DNA of 64,000 nucleotides from Oligoflexia bacterium (GTDB taxonomy: Bacteria; Bdellovibrionota; UBA1018; CAIMNF01), in contig CAIMWN010000018.1 of assembly GCA_903845155.1 (NCBI GenBank), forward strand, positions 5,594 to 69,593, in the 5' to 3' direction. A program made the translations under genes and the position numbers. Below are positions 1-8,259 of the stretch, piece after piece (the stretch's first letter is position 1; each line of letters starts with the position of its first letter). The notes under the pieces are model-generated. The model searched no databases, was not told the origin of the DNA, and saw nothing but the letters and a program-made list of their open reading frames with translations.

Positions 1-144
1 CAATCCAACATCTGATTTAATCAGAGTGGCAATTTCATTGATCGTGGCAGTGGGAGATTGCATCCGCTCGGTAATCAGCATGGTTACCTGCGGGAGTACG
101 GGGAGGGTTTTAATTTCTTCGGTCCAAGATTTCTTAATCAGCAT
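1..144 (-). CDS. HDOD-domain signalling protein, N-terminal fragment (continues beyond window start)
   Basis: Minus-strand frame is open from 228 to the window edge. ATG at 144..142. Translation MLIKKSWTEEIKTLPVLPQVTMLITERMQSPTATINEIATLIKSDVGL matches the LPxLPxV...EL..I..DP start typical of HDOD domains. Absent from the ORF track only because it is truncated by the window edge. Confidence 0.45.
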   Translation of the reverse strand, partial: MLIKKSWTEEIKTLPVLPQVTMLITERMQSPTATINEIATLIKSDVGL

Positions 145-214
145 CCGACTATGTATCGGCAGACACAGGGGGATTCTTAAATGTTTGCTGCATGCGCCAA
201 AGCCTTGACGCTTG

Positions 215-257
215 ACGAAAAAAGTAAAGGCCTTCACTCATCCGGAGTGAAGGCCTT
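215..257 (-). terminator. Intrinsic-terminator-like hairpin (13-bp perfect stem, 5-nt loop) followed on the minus strand by a U-tract
   Basis: aaggccttcactc (227-239) / atccg / gagtgaaggcctt (245-257). On the minus strand the stem is followed by TTTACTTTTTT (224-214). On the plus strand it has an A-tract before and only TTT after. It lies in the leader between a candidate minus promoter (322-350) and the HDOD start (144). Confidence 0.5.
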
Positions 258-321
258 TAGCGCTGTCATCAAGAGACCCAATGGGATGGGGGAGATCGGG
301 TTCTCATGATGATCTGCAGCG

Positions 322-350
322 TTTCTATTCCCAGAGGCGCTGCATGTCAA
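322..350 (-). promoter_or_regulatory. Candidate sigma70-type promoter (minus strand) with a 7-bp inverted repeat spanning the spacer
   Basis: Minus-strand TTGACA (350..345), 17-nt spacer, TAGAAA (327..322). The inverted repeat tgcagcg (315-321) / cgctgca (338-344) brackets the spacer and -10 box. Confidence 0.3.
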
Positions 351-396
351 ATAAAAAAATATATCAAAAATAAGATGATTAGTTGAGAATTTGGGA

Positions 397-1278
397 ATGA
401 CATCACGCCTGCCCATTGCTGCACTGATTTTGGTGCAACTCATTTTCGGGTTTAACTATGCGGCTTCAAAAGTAATTTTGGAGCAATATCCGCCCCTGCT
501 GTGGGGGGGCATCCGCATGATCATTGCAGCAATTTTGATGTTTGCCTGTGCTTTTATGGTCGTGCCCAAATCGCAAAGGCGGATTGATCGAGAGTTTTTA
601 TTTCGGACCTTTCTATACGCTTTCTTTGGAATAGCACTTTGCCAAGGATTTTTCCTTTTGGGACTTCGCTATACCACCACCACGAACTGTGCGATTTTAA
701 ACACCCTTACGCCAATATTCACGCTAATGTTTGCAGTTCTTTTCAAGCGTGAGAAGTGGACGGTCCTTCGCGGCTTAGGTTTTTTTATCGCGGTGTTGGG
801 GGTGCTGGTGCTTCGCAGGGTAGAGGATTTTTCGCTGGCGAGCGGTACATTCAAGGGCGATATTTTTACGATGTTGAGCTGTACCTCTCTGGCATTATTT
901 TTTATTTTGAGTCGTGATTTTTTAAAAAAGAATTCACCTTTTTGGGCTACCGCATGGATGTTCTTTTTTGGTGCTATTTTGCTGATGATTGCGGGTGCAT
1001 CTGATTATGCCCACGTGGTTCCTGAGCATCTTGACTCAAGAATGTGGATAGCCATGACCTACAGTGTGGTAGCAGCGACGATGATCACTTATTTCCTGAA
1101 CTCCTGGACACTGACGAAGGTGAATTCATCCTCAGTCGCTCTTTTCATTTATTTGCAACCCGTGATTGCAGTGTTGAATGCATGGTTCTCTAAAGATGAA
1201 GTCCCTAGCGGACGCACGTTGCTTGCCATGATTTGTATCTTTACAGGGGTGAGTTTAGGAGTCATTAAAAGAGGATGA
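397..1278 (+). CDS. EamA/DMT-family (10-TM) drug/metabolite transporter
   Basis: Hydrophobic 10-helix profile with two EamA-like halves. The ORF-track start at 391 is TTG, and ATG at 397 is preferred. The 3' end overlaps the next gene by ATGA. Confidence 0.75.
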   Translation: MTSRLPIAALILVQLIFGFNYAASKVILEQYPPLLWGGIRMIIAAILMFACAFMVVPKSQRRIDREFLFRTFLYAFFGIALCQGFFLLGLRYTTTTNCAILNTLTPIFTLMFAVLFKREKWTVLRGLGFFIAVLGVLVLRRVEDFSLASGTFKGDIFTMLSCTSLALFFILSRDFLKKNSPFWATAWMFFFGAILLMIAGASDYAHVVPEHLDSRMWIAMTYSVVAATMITYFLNSWTLTKVNSSSVALFIYLQPVIAVLNAWFSKDEVPSGRTLLAMICIFTGVSLGVIKRG

Positions 1279-1712
1279 ACTACGCAGGATTCTGGATACG
1301 ATTTGTCGCGCACGTAATCGACTTCATTTTATTGAATGCTATCGAGCTCGGACTCGAATATGGAATTGCTGGTCTACTCGGGCTAAGTCCGATTACTCAG
1401 CAAATTTTGGGAGTCGTTTTTTCTTTGGTTCTTACTTATTTTTACTATTGCCGCTATCAAGTAAAAACGGGAACTACGATTGGGAAAAGACTATTTTCTA
1501 TTTATGTAGTCGATGAGAAGACGGGCGAATTCATGACGCATAAGCAAGCGATCGCCCGCACCCTCGGTTATCTGCTTTCGTATGTGATTTTGGGTTGTGG
1601 CTTTTTAATGGTTTTATTTCATCCCGAGAAGCGTGGGCTTCATGACTTAATTGCGGGTACGGTATCAGTGAGGCGTAAGAAAGTGGCTGCTGAGCCTAAT
1701 CTGCAAGCTTAA
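1275..1712 (+). CDS. RDD-family membrane protein
   Basis: Small membrane protein with conserved R...D...D spacing (KRLFSIYVVDE...GLHDLIAG). Upstream SD is aaagagg, and the start overlaps the previous gene by 4 bp (ATGA). Confidence 0.7.
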   Translation: MNYAGFWIRFVAHVIDFILLNAIELGLEYGIAGLLGLSPITQQILGVVFSLVLTYFYYCRYQVKTGTTIGKRLFSIYVVDEKTGEFMTHKQAIARTLGYLLSYVILGCGFLMVLFHPEKRGLHDLIAGTVSVRRKKVAAEPNLQA

Positions 1713-1908
1713 GATCCCAGAGCTCTCTGGAAAAAAGGCGCATCTCATTCAAGGTAACCCAAACTTCAGGTTGATACCCGTTCGGTGAATCAAAACACTC
1801 TTGCTCCACATCCCACAAGTCGTGATGAAGTTGATTGACTGCAGTTTGAATGCTCTCAGTCTTGGCGATGTTCAGGTACTTTTCTTTACAAAAATCGATA
1901 GATGCCAT
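1696..1908 (-). CDS. Hypothetical small protein (70 aa)
   Basis: ORF convergent with the RDD gene, overlapping its 3' end by 17 nt. No recognisable SD or domain. Confidence 0.25.
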   Translation of the reverse strand: MASIDFCKEKYLNIAKTESIQTAVNQLHHDLWDVEQECFDSPNGYQPEVWVTLNEMRLFSRELWDLKLAD

Positions 1909-1950
1909 GTATTGCCAGAATAAAGCCTCATGTTAAGCTTGTAAATAAGC

Positions 1951-2745
1951 ATGATCAAAATATTGATGGTTTTACCGTTTATTTTACTCAGTTTTGCCCA
2001 AAAGCCCGCTCCCTCGTTAGTGGTTCTCCCTGAGGACGAGCTGATTCTTCCCCCTTATTTAGTTACATTTGAAGGTGGCAGTATTTTGAATACTAGCTCT
2101 GCAGGGCATAAAAAACGGGCGGCGGCTCCGGCCGAGTGGCTCGAGTATGGCGATTCCTTTTCCTTGCCGGCGAGACTCAGTTTCCAGGTTTATATGAATG
2201 AGTATCTCGAGTGGGTGGGCGGGGGCGTTTTTGAGGGAACCATTGGCAAAGAAAATTGGATTAGGGCCGAGTCAGCTGATCAAGTGCGCTTAGAAAATGG
2301 CTGGATGAAGGTTTGGGTAAAGCCCTCGCCCCAAAATCACGGCAAAGGCATTGAAATCAAGACGAAGAATACATCGCTTACTGCAAATAATGCAGTTTTT
2401 TGGATCAATGCGCGCGACCAAGTGACTGAGGTTTACTTGCTGGAGGGTGCACTGACTGACTCAGGCGGTAAGTATTTAGCAGTAAGCGACTTCGGTAAGA
2501 CTTTTGCCCAGTGGACAGGTAATCAAAAAGAACTGAAATACACCTCCCAGGCCTGGGATGAAAAACCACTCGAGATCCGCCTAGCTGGAATCTATCCAGA
2601 ACTGGTAAAATTGGCTGAAAAAGCGGAAAAAGACTGGGAAAAGGGGCGGGTGACTGATCAATACGCCGAACTTCGTCGAAAAGGCTGGCGGAAAGCGTCC
2701 CGCCTGGCTCCAGCCGAGTCCAAAGATCATCTGAAGATCAAATAA
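1951..2745 (+). CDS. Secreted hypothetical protein
   Basis: N-terminal signal peptide MIKILMVLPFILLSFAQ. No recognised domain. Confidence 0.5.
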   Translation: MIKILMVLPFILLSFAQKPAPSLVVLPEDELILPPYLVTFEGGSILNTSSAGHKKRAAAPAEWLEYGDSFSLPARLSFQVYMNEYLEWVGGGVFEGTIGKENWIRAESADQVRLENGWMKVWVKPSPQNHGKGIEIKTKNTSLTANNAVFWINARDQVTEVYLLEGALTDSGGKYLAVSDFGKTFAQWTGNQKELKYTSQAWDEKPLEIRLAGIYPELVKLAEKAEKDWEKGRVTDQYAELRRKGWRKASRLAPAESKDHLKIK

Positions 2746-2771
2746 AAATCAACTTGCAGAGGTTGCACTTT

Positions 2772-2800
2772 TTGTTTACGCTTGGGCTTCGCAATTTAAA
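2772..2800 (+). promoter_or_regulatory. Candidate sigma70 promoter for tRNA-Pro
   Basis: ttgttt (2772-2777), 17-nt spacer, tttaaa/ttaaat (2795-2801), ending 3-8 nt before the tRNA 5' end. Confidence 0.35.
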
Positions 2801-2803
2801 TGT

Positions 2804-2879
2804 CGGGCCGTAGCGCAGCTGGTAGCGCACCTGGTTTGGGACCAGGGGGTCGCGAGTTCGAATCCCGCCGGCCCGACCA
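2804..2879 (+). tRNA. tRNA-Pro (anticodon TGG)
   Basis: Cloverleaf folded by hand. Acceptor stem cgggccg/cggcccg, D-arm gcgc-agctggta-gcgc, anticodon stem cctgg/ccagg with loop tttggga (anticodon TGG, G37). Variable loop gggtc, T-loop ttcgaat, discriminator A, encoded CCA. Very similar to E. coli tRNA-Pro(UGG). Confidence 0.85.
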
Positions 2880-3113
2880 TTTAAATCCCTCTTCACCAAT
2901 ATAAAACTATGATACTGCTCCCCAAGGCCAATTAAACTTTTTTGGTCCGTCGAGCCGCTGCCACTGCTTCTTTTGTTGTTGGCCAGGGGTGGGTGAGTGT
3001 TTCATAGATTAATTAAGAGGATTTCTCAGCATTTTTGCAAGTGCTTATGAATTGGATCCTTATGCGAAATTCTCAAAGTTGTTTCTATTCTCATTTTCTG
3101 CTAAGTACAGGGG

Positions 3114-3386
3114 ATGAGCAAAATTTCAGCAAGTCATATTTTGGTGGATCAAGAGTTTGAAGTGAAAGATCTTGAGAAAAAATTAGGTGAAGGCGTGAGT
3201 TTTGAAAAACTGGCGAAAGATTTTTCCAAGTGTCCGTCAGGTAAATCGGGTGGAGCACTAGGAGAATTCGGGCGCGGAATGATGGTGAAATCATTTGAAG
3301 ACGCGGCATTCGCTTTGGAGCCAGGAAAAGTATCAGGGCCAGTAAAAACTCAATTCGGGTTTCATCTCATCAAAAGAACGAAATAG
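3114..3386 (+). CDS. ppiC: Parvulin-type peptidyl-prolyl cis-trans isomerase
   Basis: 90 aa, collinear with E. coli PpiC (HILV...CPSGKSGGALGEF...QFGFHLIK). SD acagggg. Confidence 0.9.
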   Translation: MSKISASHILVDQEFEVKDLEKKLGEGVSFEKLAKDFSKCPSGKSGGALGEFGRGMMVKSFEDAAFALEPGKVSGPVKTQFGFHLIKRTK

Positions 3387-3396
3387 GCAACACTCC

Positions 3397-3846
3397 ATGA
3401 CCAATAATACGGTTCTACGGGGCGTGCGCTATTTATTGAACGTGAGCGATGAAAAATTAAAAGAAATCATCGCGCTGGGTGGTGCGGTGGTGAAGCATTC
3501 AGATGTGATCACTTATCTATTAAAAGAAGAAGAAGCCGGATATGTTGAATGTCCAGATACAGTGATGGCCCATTTTTTAGATGGGTTGATTATTTTTAAA
3601 AGGGGACGCGATGAAAGTCGGCCCTTGCCTCCGATCGAAATTCCGATCACCAATAATATAGTACTTAAAAAACTACGGGTCGCCTTTCAGTTGAAAGATG
3701 TCGACATCATTGCACTCATCGAAAAAGCGGGGCTTTCGCTGACGAAAACTGAGCTGAGCGCGTTCTTCCGTCAGCCTGATCATCGAAATTATCGTGTCTG
3801 TCATGATCAGTTTTTGCGAAATGTATTGAAGGGGCTTACTCCCTAG
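3397..3846 (+). CDS. DUF1456-family protein (YehS-like)
   Basis: 149 aa, similar to E. coli YehS along its length (LRGVRYLL...CPD...FLDGLI..KRG.DESR...NNIVLKKLR.AF.LK..DII). Confidence 0.75.
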   Translation: MTNNTVLRGVRYLLNVSDEKLKEIIALGGAVVKHSDVITYLLKEEEAGYVECPDTVMAHFLDGLIIFKRGRDESRPLPPIEIPITNNIVLKKLRVAFQLKDVDIIALIEKAGLSLTKTELSAFFRQPDHRNYRVCHDQFLRNVLKGLTP

Positions 3847-3901
3847 TATGAGGGATCAGAATGCAAATGCTGCTCGGCGCGGTCAAAACAAATAACCCCC
3901 C

Positions 3902-4876
3902 TTATTTTTTGGCATCCAGGGGGGAAAGTTCTTGGAGCACGTATTGCTTAATCTGGTTTAGATTCCAGAGCGCTCCACCGACTGGACAGAAAAGCCCAGA
4001 GCCATCACCATAGTTCAAAAGTGCAGCTATTCTCCGTTCTAATTCCGGATGTGTTGTTAGCTCGTCGCCAGTCATACCATGATAAGCTTCAATTTCATGG
4101 CGAGAAAACGCAGTCAGCTCATGCGAACTACCGGTCACCGGAATCAGCAACTTATAGATACGTCCGGCCCAATTTTTTCCAAGATAAGAACCGGTAGTTT
4201 TTCCTGCAATATTCTCGTTGCCCTTACTTGTTAAATAAGCTGCACTCCCTAATCCCACAACCGCTGAAATGGCATTGAGGTTAGCCGGCAGATAAATCGC
4301 TCCGAGCGAGCCACCGACAAATCCCACGCTCATTTCTAAAGCGAGTTTAATGTATTGAACTTTGTTCTTGATGGAATGGGACTTCTCTCTGTAATTTTCC
4401 GAGCAATTGAGAAACAAGCGGCTACCTTCCAATTCAGAGATATGAAGATCAAAGAGACGCTTCCTCAGCACATTGATTGCTTCGACAGAAACACTATAGG
4501 TTTCCGACCGTTCTTGTCCTGAGATGCCGAGATATTCATGTAATACGAGACTATTAAGTTCCATGGCCTTGATCCAATGCTTTCTTCGAATTTGAATGAG
4601 GTGTTGGTCAGGAAAGTTCGAGGCTGTGCGAGAATTTAAGAAACCTTTGTCTTTCACTACTTCAACTCTGGTGTTTCGAATAGCTTCATCTAAGAGTGAA
4701 ATCTTGATCTGGGGAAAAAATTCGGGGTCAGCGATCTTAAGGCCCGCTAGAATTTGTCGACCACGATTCTGAAAGTCTACAACAATCTCTTCGTCTGAAG
4801 GCGCAGCTAATACTAATGTATTCTGAAAAAGAGAGAGGAGAAAAACTGCAGTGATGAAAAAGAGGGAATGCTTCAT
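3902..4876 (-). CDS. Secreted hypothetical protein (324 aa)
   Basis: Signal peptide MKHSLFFITAVFLLSLFQNTLVLA. ATG start overlaps the stop of the upstream gene by ATGA. Confidence 0.55.
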   Translation of the reverse strand: MKHSLFFITAVFLLSLFQNTLVLAAPSDEEIVVDFQNRGRQILAGLKIADPEFFPQIKISLLDEAIRNTRVEVVKDKGFLNSRTASNFPDQHLIQIRRKHWIKAMELNSLVLHEYLGISGQERSETYSVSVEAINVLRKRLFDLHISELEGSRLFLNCSENYREKSHSIKNKVQYIKLALEMSVGFVGGSLGAIYLPANLNAISAVVGLGSAAYLTSKGNENIAGKTTGSYLGKNWAGRIYKLLIPVTGSSHELTAFSRHEIEAYHGMTGDELTTHPELERRIAALLNYGDGSGLFCPVGGALWNLNQIKQYVLQELSPLDAKK

Positions 4877-5304
4877 GGGAGTCTGTCTAGAATTTGATCA
4901 GCTTCACGAATGGATTCGTCGGTGGTACCGCGTTTGATCCATTCGAGATATGCCGCCAACACAGTTTCCTCGCGACGATGCCCTTTGTTAAACCAGGGGT
5001 GCCAGTACTTTTCTGAGACATAAATCGTCTTTTGATCTCGATCGATAGTGTAATGGTATTTTGAATGCCACTCGCTTCGAGACATAAAAACCACGTGAAC
5101 CTCGTTGATCGCATTTTTTAGATCAGTTGCGGTATTAGCCTCTAGTTTTTTTGCAATTTCTATAAACTGAATTCCTTCGGAGTATCCGCCGTTTCCAACG
5201 TCGCCTCCTCCCTGTGCCTCGCTATTGGGAGTATGAGATAGCAGCATCGCCAGTACCAGCGCCGCTGCGAATTGAAATTTATTTTGCATCTTGATCTCCA
5301 TCAT
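4873..5304 (-). CDS. Secreted hypothetical protein (about 140 aa)
   Basis: Signal peptide ...FAAALVLAMLLSHTPNSEA. Start may be 5289 (MQNK). Translationally coupled to 3902-4876. Confidence 0.5.
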   Translation of the reverse strand: MMEIKMQNKFQFAAALVLAMLLSHTPNSEAQGGGDVGNGGYSEGIQFIEIAKKLEANTATDLKNAINEVHVVFMSRSEWHSKYHYTIDRDQKTIYVSEKYWHPWFNKGHRREETVLAAYLEWIKRGTTDESIREADQILDRLP

Positions 5305-6184
5305 TTGGGGTTAAATTAAAAAATTGAATTGAAAGACAATAAACTTGGTCGACTTTGTTTTTATTTTGAGTGGTCATTTGCTTGTTAAATCGAGTTCTGA
5401 ATTTGCGTATAGCCGACCTAGCTTCTTCTAGCATGCTAGCATCGATTGGCATCATCAAGTTGGTGAAATCTCTTTCCGAGGTGGGGTGTTGGTCGAGAGC
5501 GAGAATTGCCTTTTCCATGACCTGGCGATGAAACTTCCTAATTACGCTTGAGGGGACTCCGTCAGGGGCCTTGGTGTATTCTTGAAGAGCACGGTATTTG
5601 TTCTTTTTCTTTACTTTCTTGTTCTCAATTAGTTTAAGCCTCACGAGGCGTTCCATTGCACCGTCCACAAGTGGAACCTGAATTCCTAGGCGCTTTGCGA
5701 TCCACACATGGTCGTGACAAAAACTTGGAAGTTGCATGAGCTGAAGAATGGCAAAGTGGTACCAATCCGAAACACAATGAAAAGCGTCGAGTTGAAGATG
5801 ACGTGTTTTTGAATTAAAGCGCAATTGCTCAAGTTTGCTCTGAGCTATGTTACGTGCGACAGCGCTTCGCGCGGATTGAGCATCAACGAGGACGGTGAAA
5901 TGCTGAATCTCTTGCGAACTCAGTCCCAATTGCTTACCGATATCGAGCGCAGCCTGATGTGAAAGTCCCTTTTTACCAGTAAGAACTTCACTCAATCGGG
6001 GAGGGCTAACGCTGATATCTCTAGAAAATGCCCGTAGCGAATATCGGGGATTGCTCTGACAGCGTCTCGCGAGCTCGTCTTTCAATATTTCCCGGTAATC
6101 GCTGTAATCGCCCAGGTACTCAGGTGGCGAAGTCGATGGAATTTTCATTGGCGTCAGCTTAATGCAATGCGGTATTTCAGTCAA
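5279..6184 (-). CDS. Member of a paralogous family (TIGR02147-like; N-terminal HTH-like region), copy 1
   Basis: Clear paralogue of 40873-41718 (NPxYSxRAFxxxxGVSPxxLSEVLxG ... SDWYHFAILQLM ... ERDFT.L..P.D). I recall this family as multi-copy in Bdellovibrio and Fibrobacter. Confidence 0.6.
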   Translation of the reverse strand: MTEIPHCIKLTPMKIPSTSPPEYLGDYSDYREILKDELARRCQSNPRYSLRAFSRDISVSPPRLSEVLTGKKGLSHQAALDIGKQLGLSSQEIQHFTVLVDAQSARSAVARNIAQSKLEQLRFNSKTRHLQLDAFHCVSDWYHFAILQLMQLPSFCHDHVWIAKRLGIQVPLVDGAMERLVRLKLIENKKVKKKNKYRALQEYTKAPDGVPSSVIRKFHRQVMEKAILALDQHPTSERDFTNLMMPIDASMLEEARSAIRKFRTRFNKQMTTQNKNKVDQVYCLSIQFFNLTPNDGDQDAK

Positions 6185-6433
6185 TAAAATAGAGAACGAG
6201 CTGTTCTCTCAGTTGATCTCTCATTACGGTTAAAAATAGACTCCTATCGAATTGTGTATTTAGCCCAGGAGAATTGTTTGAATTGCTTTAAACCCATCTC
6301 GTTGATTCCCCGGCATTCTCTCAGTCCGCACGAGAGTCAATCAGTACGAACCTACGGCGACTCGGCGATTTTAGGAGAACGGTATGTTCTCTGAGTGGTT
6401 GACTCTAGTGACCGATCCATTCATAAGGTCTTT

Positions 6434-7366
6434 ATGAAAAACAGTAAAATAGTACCGAAATATGGAATAAATAAATCGATTTTGCTTTTGAGCCTATTCA
6501 TGAACGGCATCGCACTGGCCGATGGCTCTATCCATAGAATAAACTGCGATGAAAAACGTGCTGTGATTTTTGATATTGACGATACGCTTGTCGATACAAA
6601 TTATCGAACTTTGCATATTCTACAAAAAGCGGGGAAGGAGCTTCATCTCAATGCGCTGATTGAGCTTGAGTATCCAAAAGTCGATTTTTTTTGTTCAGTA
6701 ACAGTTAAAAACGCGGGAATTAAGGATCCGGCCCTACTGGAAAAAATCTGCGGCCATTTCGATCCTGATCCGAGAAAAAATACGATGTATCAAAGCGTCT
6801 GGGGAAAATCATTTTATAGCGATCCCGAGGAACTTCACTTCGATCATGTGATGGCTGGTGCTCCCGATTTCGTGAACAGGATCATGAAGGAAACTGATGC
6901 CAAGATCATTTATGTCACTGGCCGGAGCGAAGAGCAGCAAACCCAGGGTACAATCGAAGAATTGGCCTATTATGGCTTCCCAGGTTTCAATGGAGATCAA
7001 TCTGCTTGCGCAAGCTTGGTGATGAAACCACAGAGTTATCTGGGGGATGACACTTCATTCAAAAAAGCCATCACGATAGCTCTTCAGCAGACGGGCGTGA
7101 CGATTCTTGCCGCGTTTGATGACTCCGCTTCTAATGCAAATATGTTCAGAGATATTTTTCCGGCAAAGGTATTGGTCGTTAGACCAAACCGCAATGTTGC
7201 GGATACTGCTAAAAATAGGCCGGGTATCGAGCAAATCACTAACTATTACTTAAACGCTACTGTGGACGCGAAAACCGGTGTTCGCTCAGTGAGTTCGAAT
7301 GAAGACCAGTTAACTGACATGATTCAACGAGCGATTCGAATTGATACAGATGGGAGCTTGATATGA
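6434..7366 (+). CDS. Secreted HAD-superfamily phosphatase (class-C acid phosphatase / 5'-nucleotidase e(P4)-like)
   Basis: Signal peptide MKNSKIVPKYGINKSILLLSLFMNGIALA. HAD motif I is VIFDIDDTLVDTNY; IIYVTGRSE and a distal DD motif follow. The ORF-track start at 6395 would add a non-signal extension, so ATG 6434 is preferred. Stop overlaps the next gene by ATGA. Confidence 0.6.
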   Translation: MKNSKIVPKYGINKSILLLSLFMNGIALADGSIHRINCDEKRAVIFDIDDTLVDTNYRTLHILQKAGKELHLNALIELEYPKVDFFCSVTVKNAGIKDPALLEKICGHFDPDPRKNTMYQSVWGKSFYSDPEELHFDHVMAGAPDFVNRIMKETDAKIIYVTGRSEEQQTQGTIEELAYYGFPGFNGDQSACASLVMKPQSYLGDDTSFKKAITIALQQTGVTILAAFDDSASNANMFRDIFPAKVLVVRPNRNVADTAKNRPGIEQITNYYLNATVDAKTGVRSVSSNEDQLTDMIQRAIRIDTDGSLI

Positions 7367-8259
7367 AATCATATTTTGCCCGTCATATCGGAGTTGTTGC
7401 TCTCTGTTTATCATGGCCTACTATTTCATTTGCCTGGGGGACGGTTGGGCACTCAACGGTTGCATGGATTGCTTCGCAGCACTTAACGCCACAAGCAGCA
7501 TCTGAAGTATCTGCTTTGCTTGGGCCTGGGGGTTCCCCAGATCACTTGATGCCTGAGGCTGCATCTTGGGCAGACGAAATTCTGTCTCTGCCCCAATGGA
7601 AATCGACTTGGCCTTATCATTTTGCGGATCTTGTTAACCCTAACGATTACTACCACACTCCCATTCGAAAAGATGGAGATGCTGTTCAGGCTCTCATTTA
7701 CTTCGAAGACCTCATTCGGAACCAAGCGTCGAAATTGGATCAAAAAAGAATTGCCCTGAAGTTCTTAATCCACATCGTAGGCGACATTCATCAGCCGCTA
7801 CACTCTGGGCGACGTGAAGATCGTGGAGGTAATCTAATCAATGTGACCTGGTTTGGAGCGCCTATTGATCTCCACCATGTTTGGGATAATAAACTCATTG
7901 AGAAGTTTTGCATCGACAGTGGCATTTCAAATCAAATGCCGATTTGGAAGAGTCTTGGGACGACCGTTGAACGACAATTCCCAATCCGTCCTTATGTCGA
8001 AGACACTGCTACTTTCGTAAATTGGACGGAAGAATCTCACGCTTTGAACTCAGTTGCTTACAATATTGGAGATGGACACTTGGAGACGAGCTATTACATG
8101 CGCTCCATTTCGCCGGTAAATCAACGGCTGGCGCTTGCAGGGCAGCGGCTAGCAAAGTTGTTGAATAGAATTTTCGCTCAGAGCCCCTTCACTTCAGCCG
8201 AGCTCCAAATGAGGCAGAGAGTGCAGAGCCAATGTGGCGGCGAATGCGTACTTAAATGA
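7363..8259 (+). CDS. Secreted S1/P1-family nuclease
   Basis: Signal peptide, then the hallmark mature N-terminus WGTVGHSTVAWIASQ (P1 nuclease begins WGALGHATVAYVAQ). His/Asp zinc ligands are distributed as in nuclease P1. Confidence 0.8.
   Translation: MKSYFARHIGVVALCLSWPTISFAWGTVGHSTVAWIASQHLTPQAASEVSALLGPGGSPDHLMPEAASWADEILSLPQWKSTWPYHFADLVNPNDYYHTPIRKDGDAVQALIYFEDLIRNQASKLDQKRIALKFLIHIVGDIHQPLHSGRREDRGGNLINVTWFGAPIDLHHVWDNKLIEKFCIDSGISNQMPIWKSLGTTVERQFPIRPYVEDTATFVNWTEESHALNSVAYNIGDGHLETSYYMRSISPVNQRLALAGQRLAKLLNRIFAQSPFTSAELQMRQRVQSQCGGECVLK

Noticed and set aside
26-208. Plus-strand 60-aa ORF at the window start
   Set aside because: Cys/Ile/Arg-rich low-complexity translation. The opposite strand encodes a convincing HDOD N-terminus over the same bases.
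234-443. Minus-strand 69-aa ORF
   Set aside because: Overlaps the terminator hairpin, the eamA start and its promoter region. No SD or domain.
505-511. G7 homopolymer inside eamA
   Set aside because: The reading frame is intact through it (LLWGGIR). Noted only as a potential slippage site.
3896-3924. C6...G6 with a 17-nt loop after the ppiC-DUF1456 operon
   Set aside because: The loop is too large and it overlaps the 3' end of the convergent gene 3902-4876, so it is not a convincing terminator.
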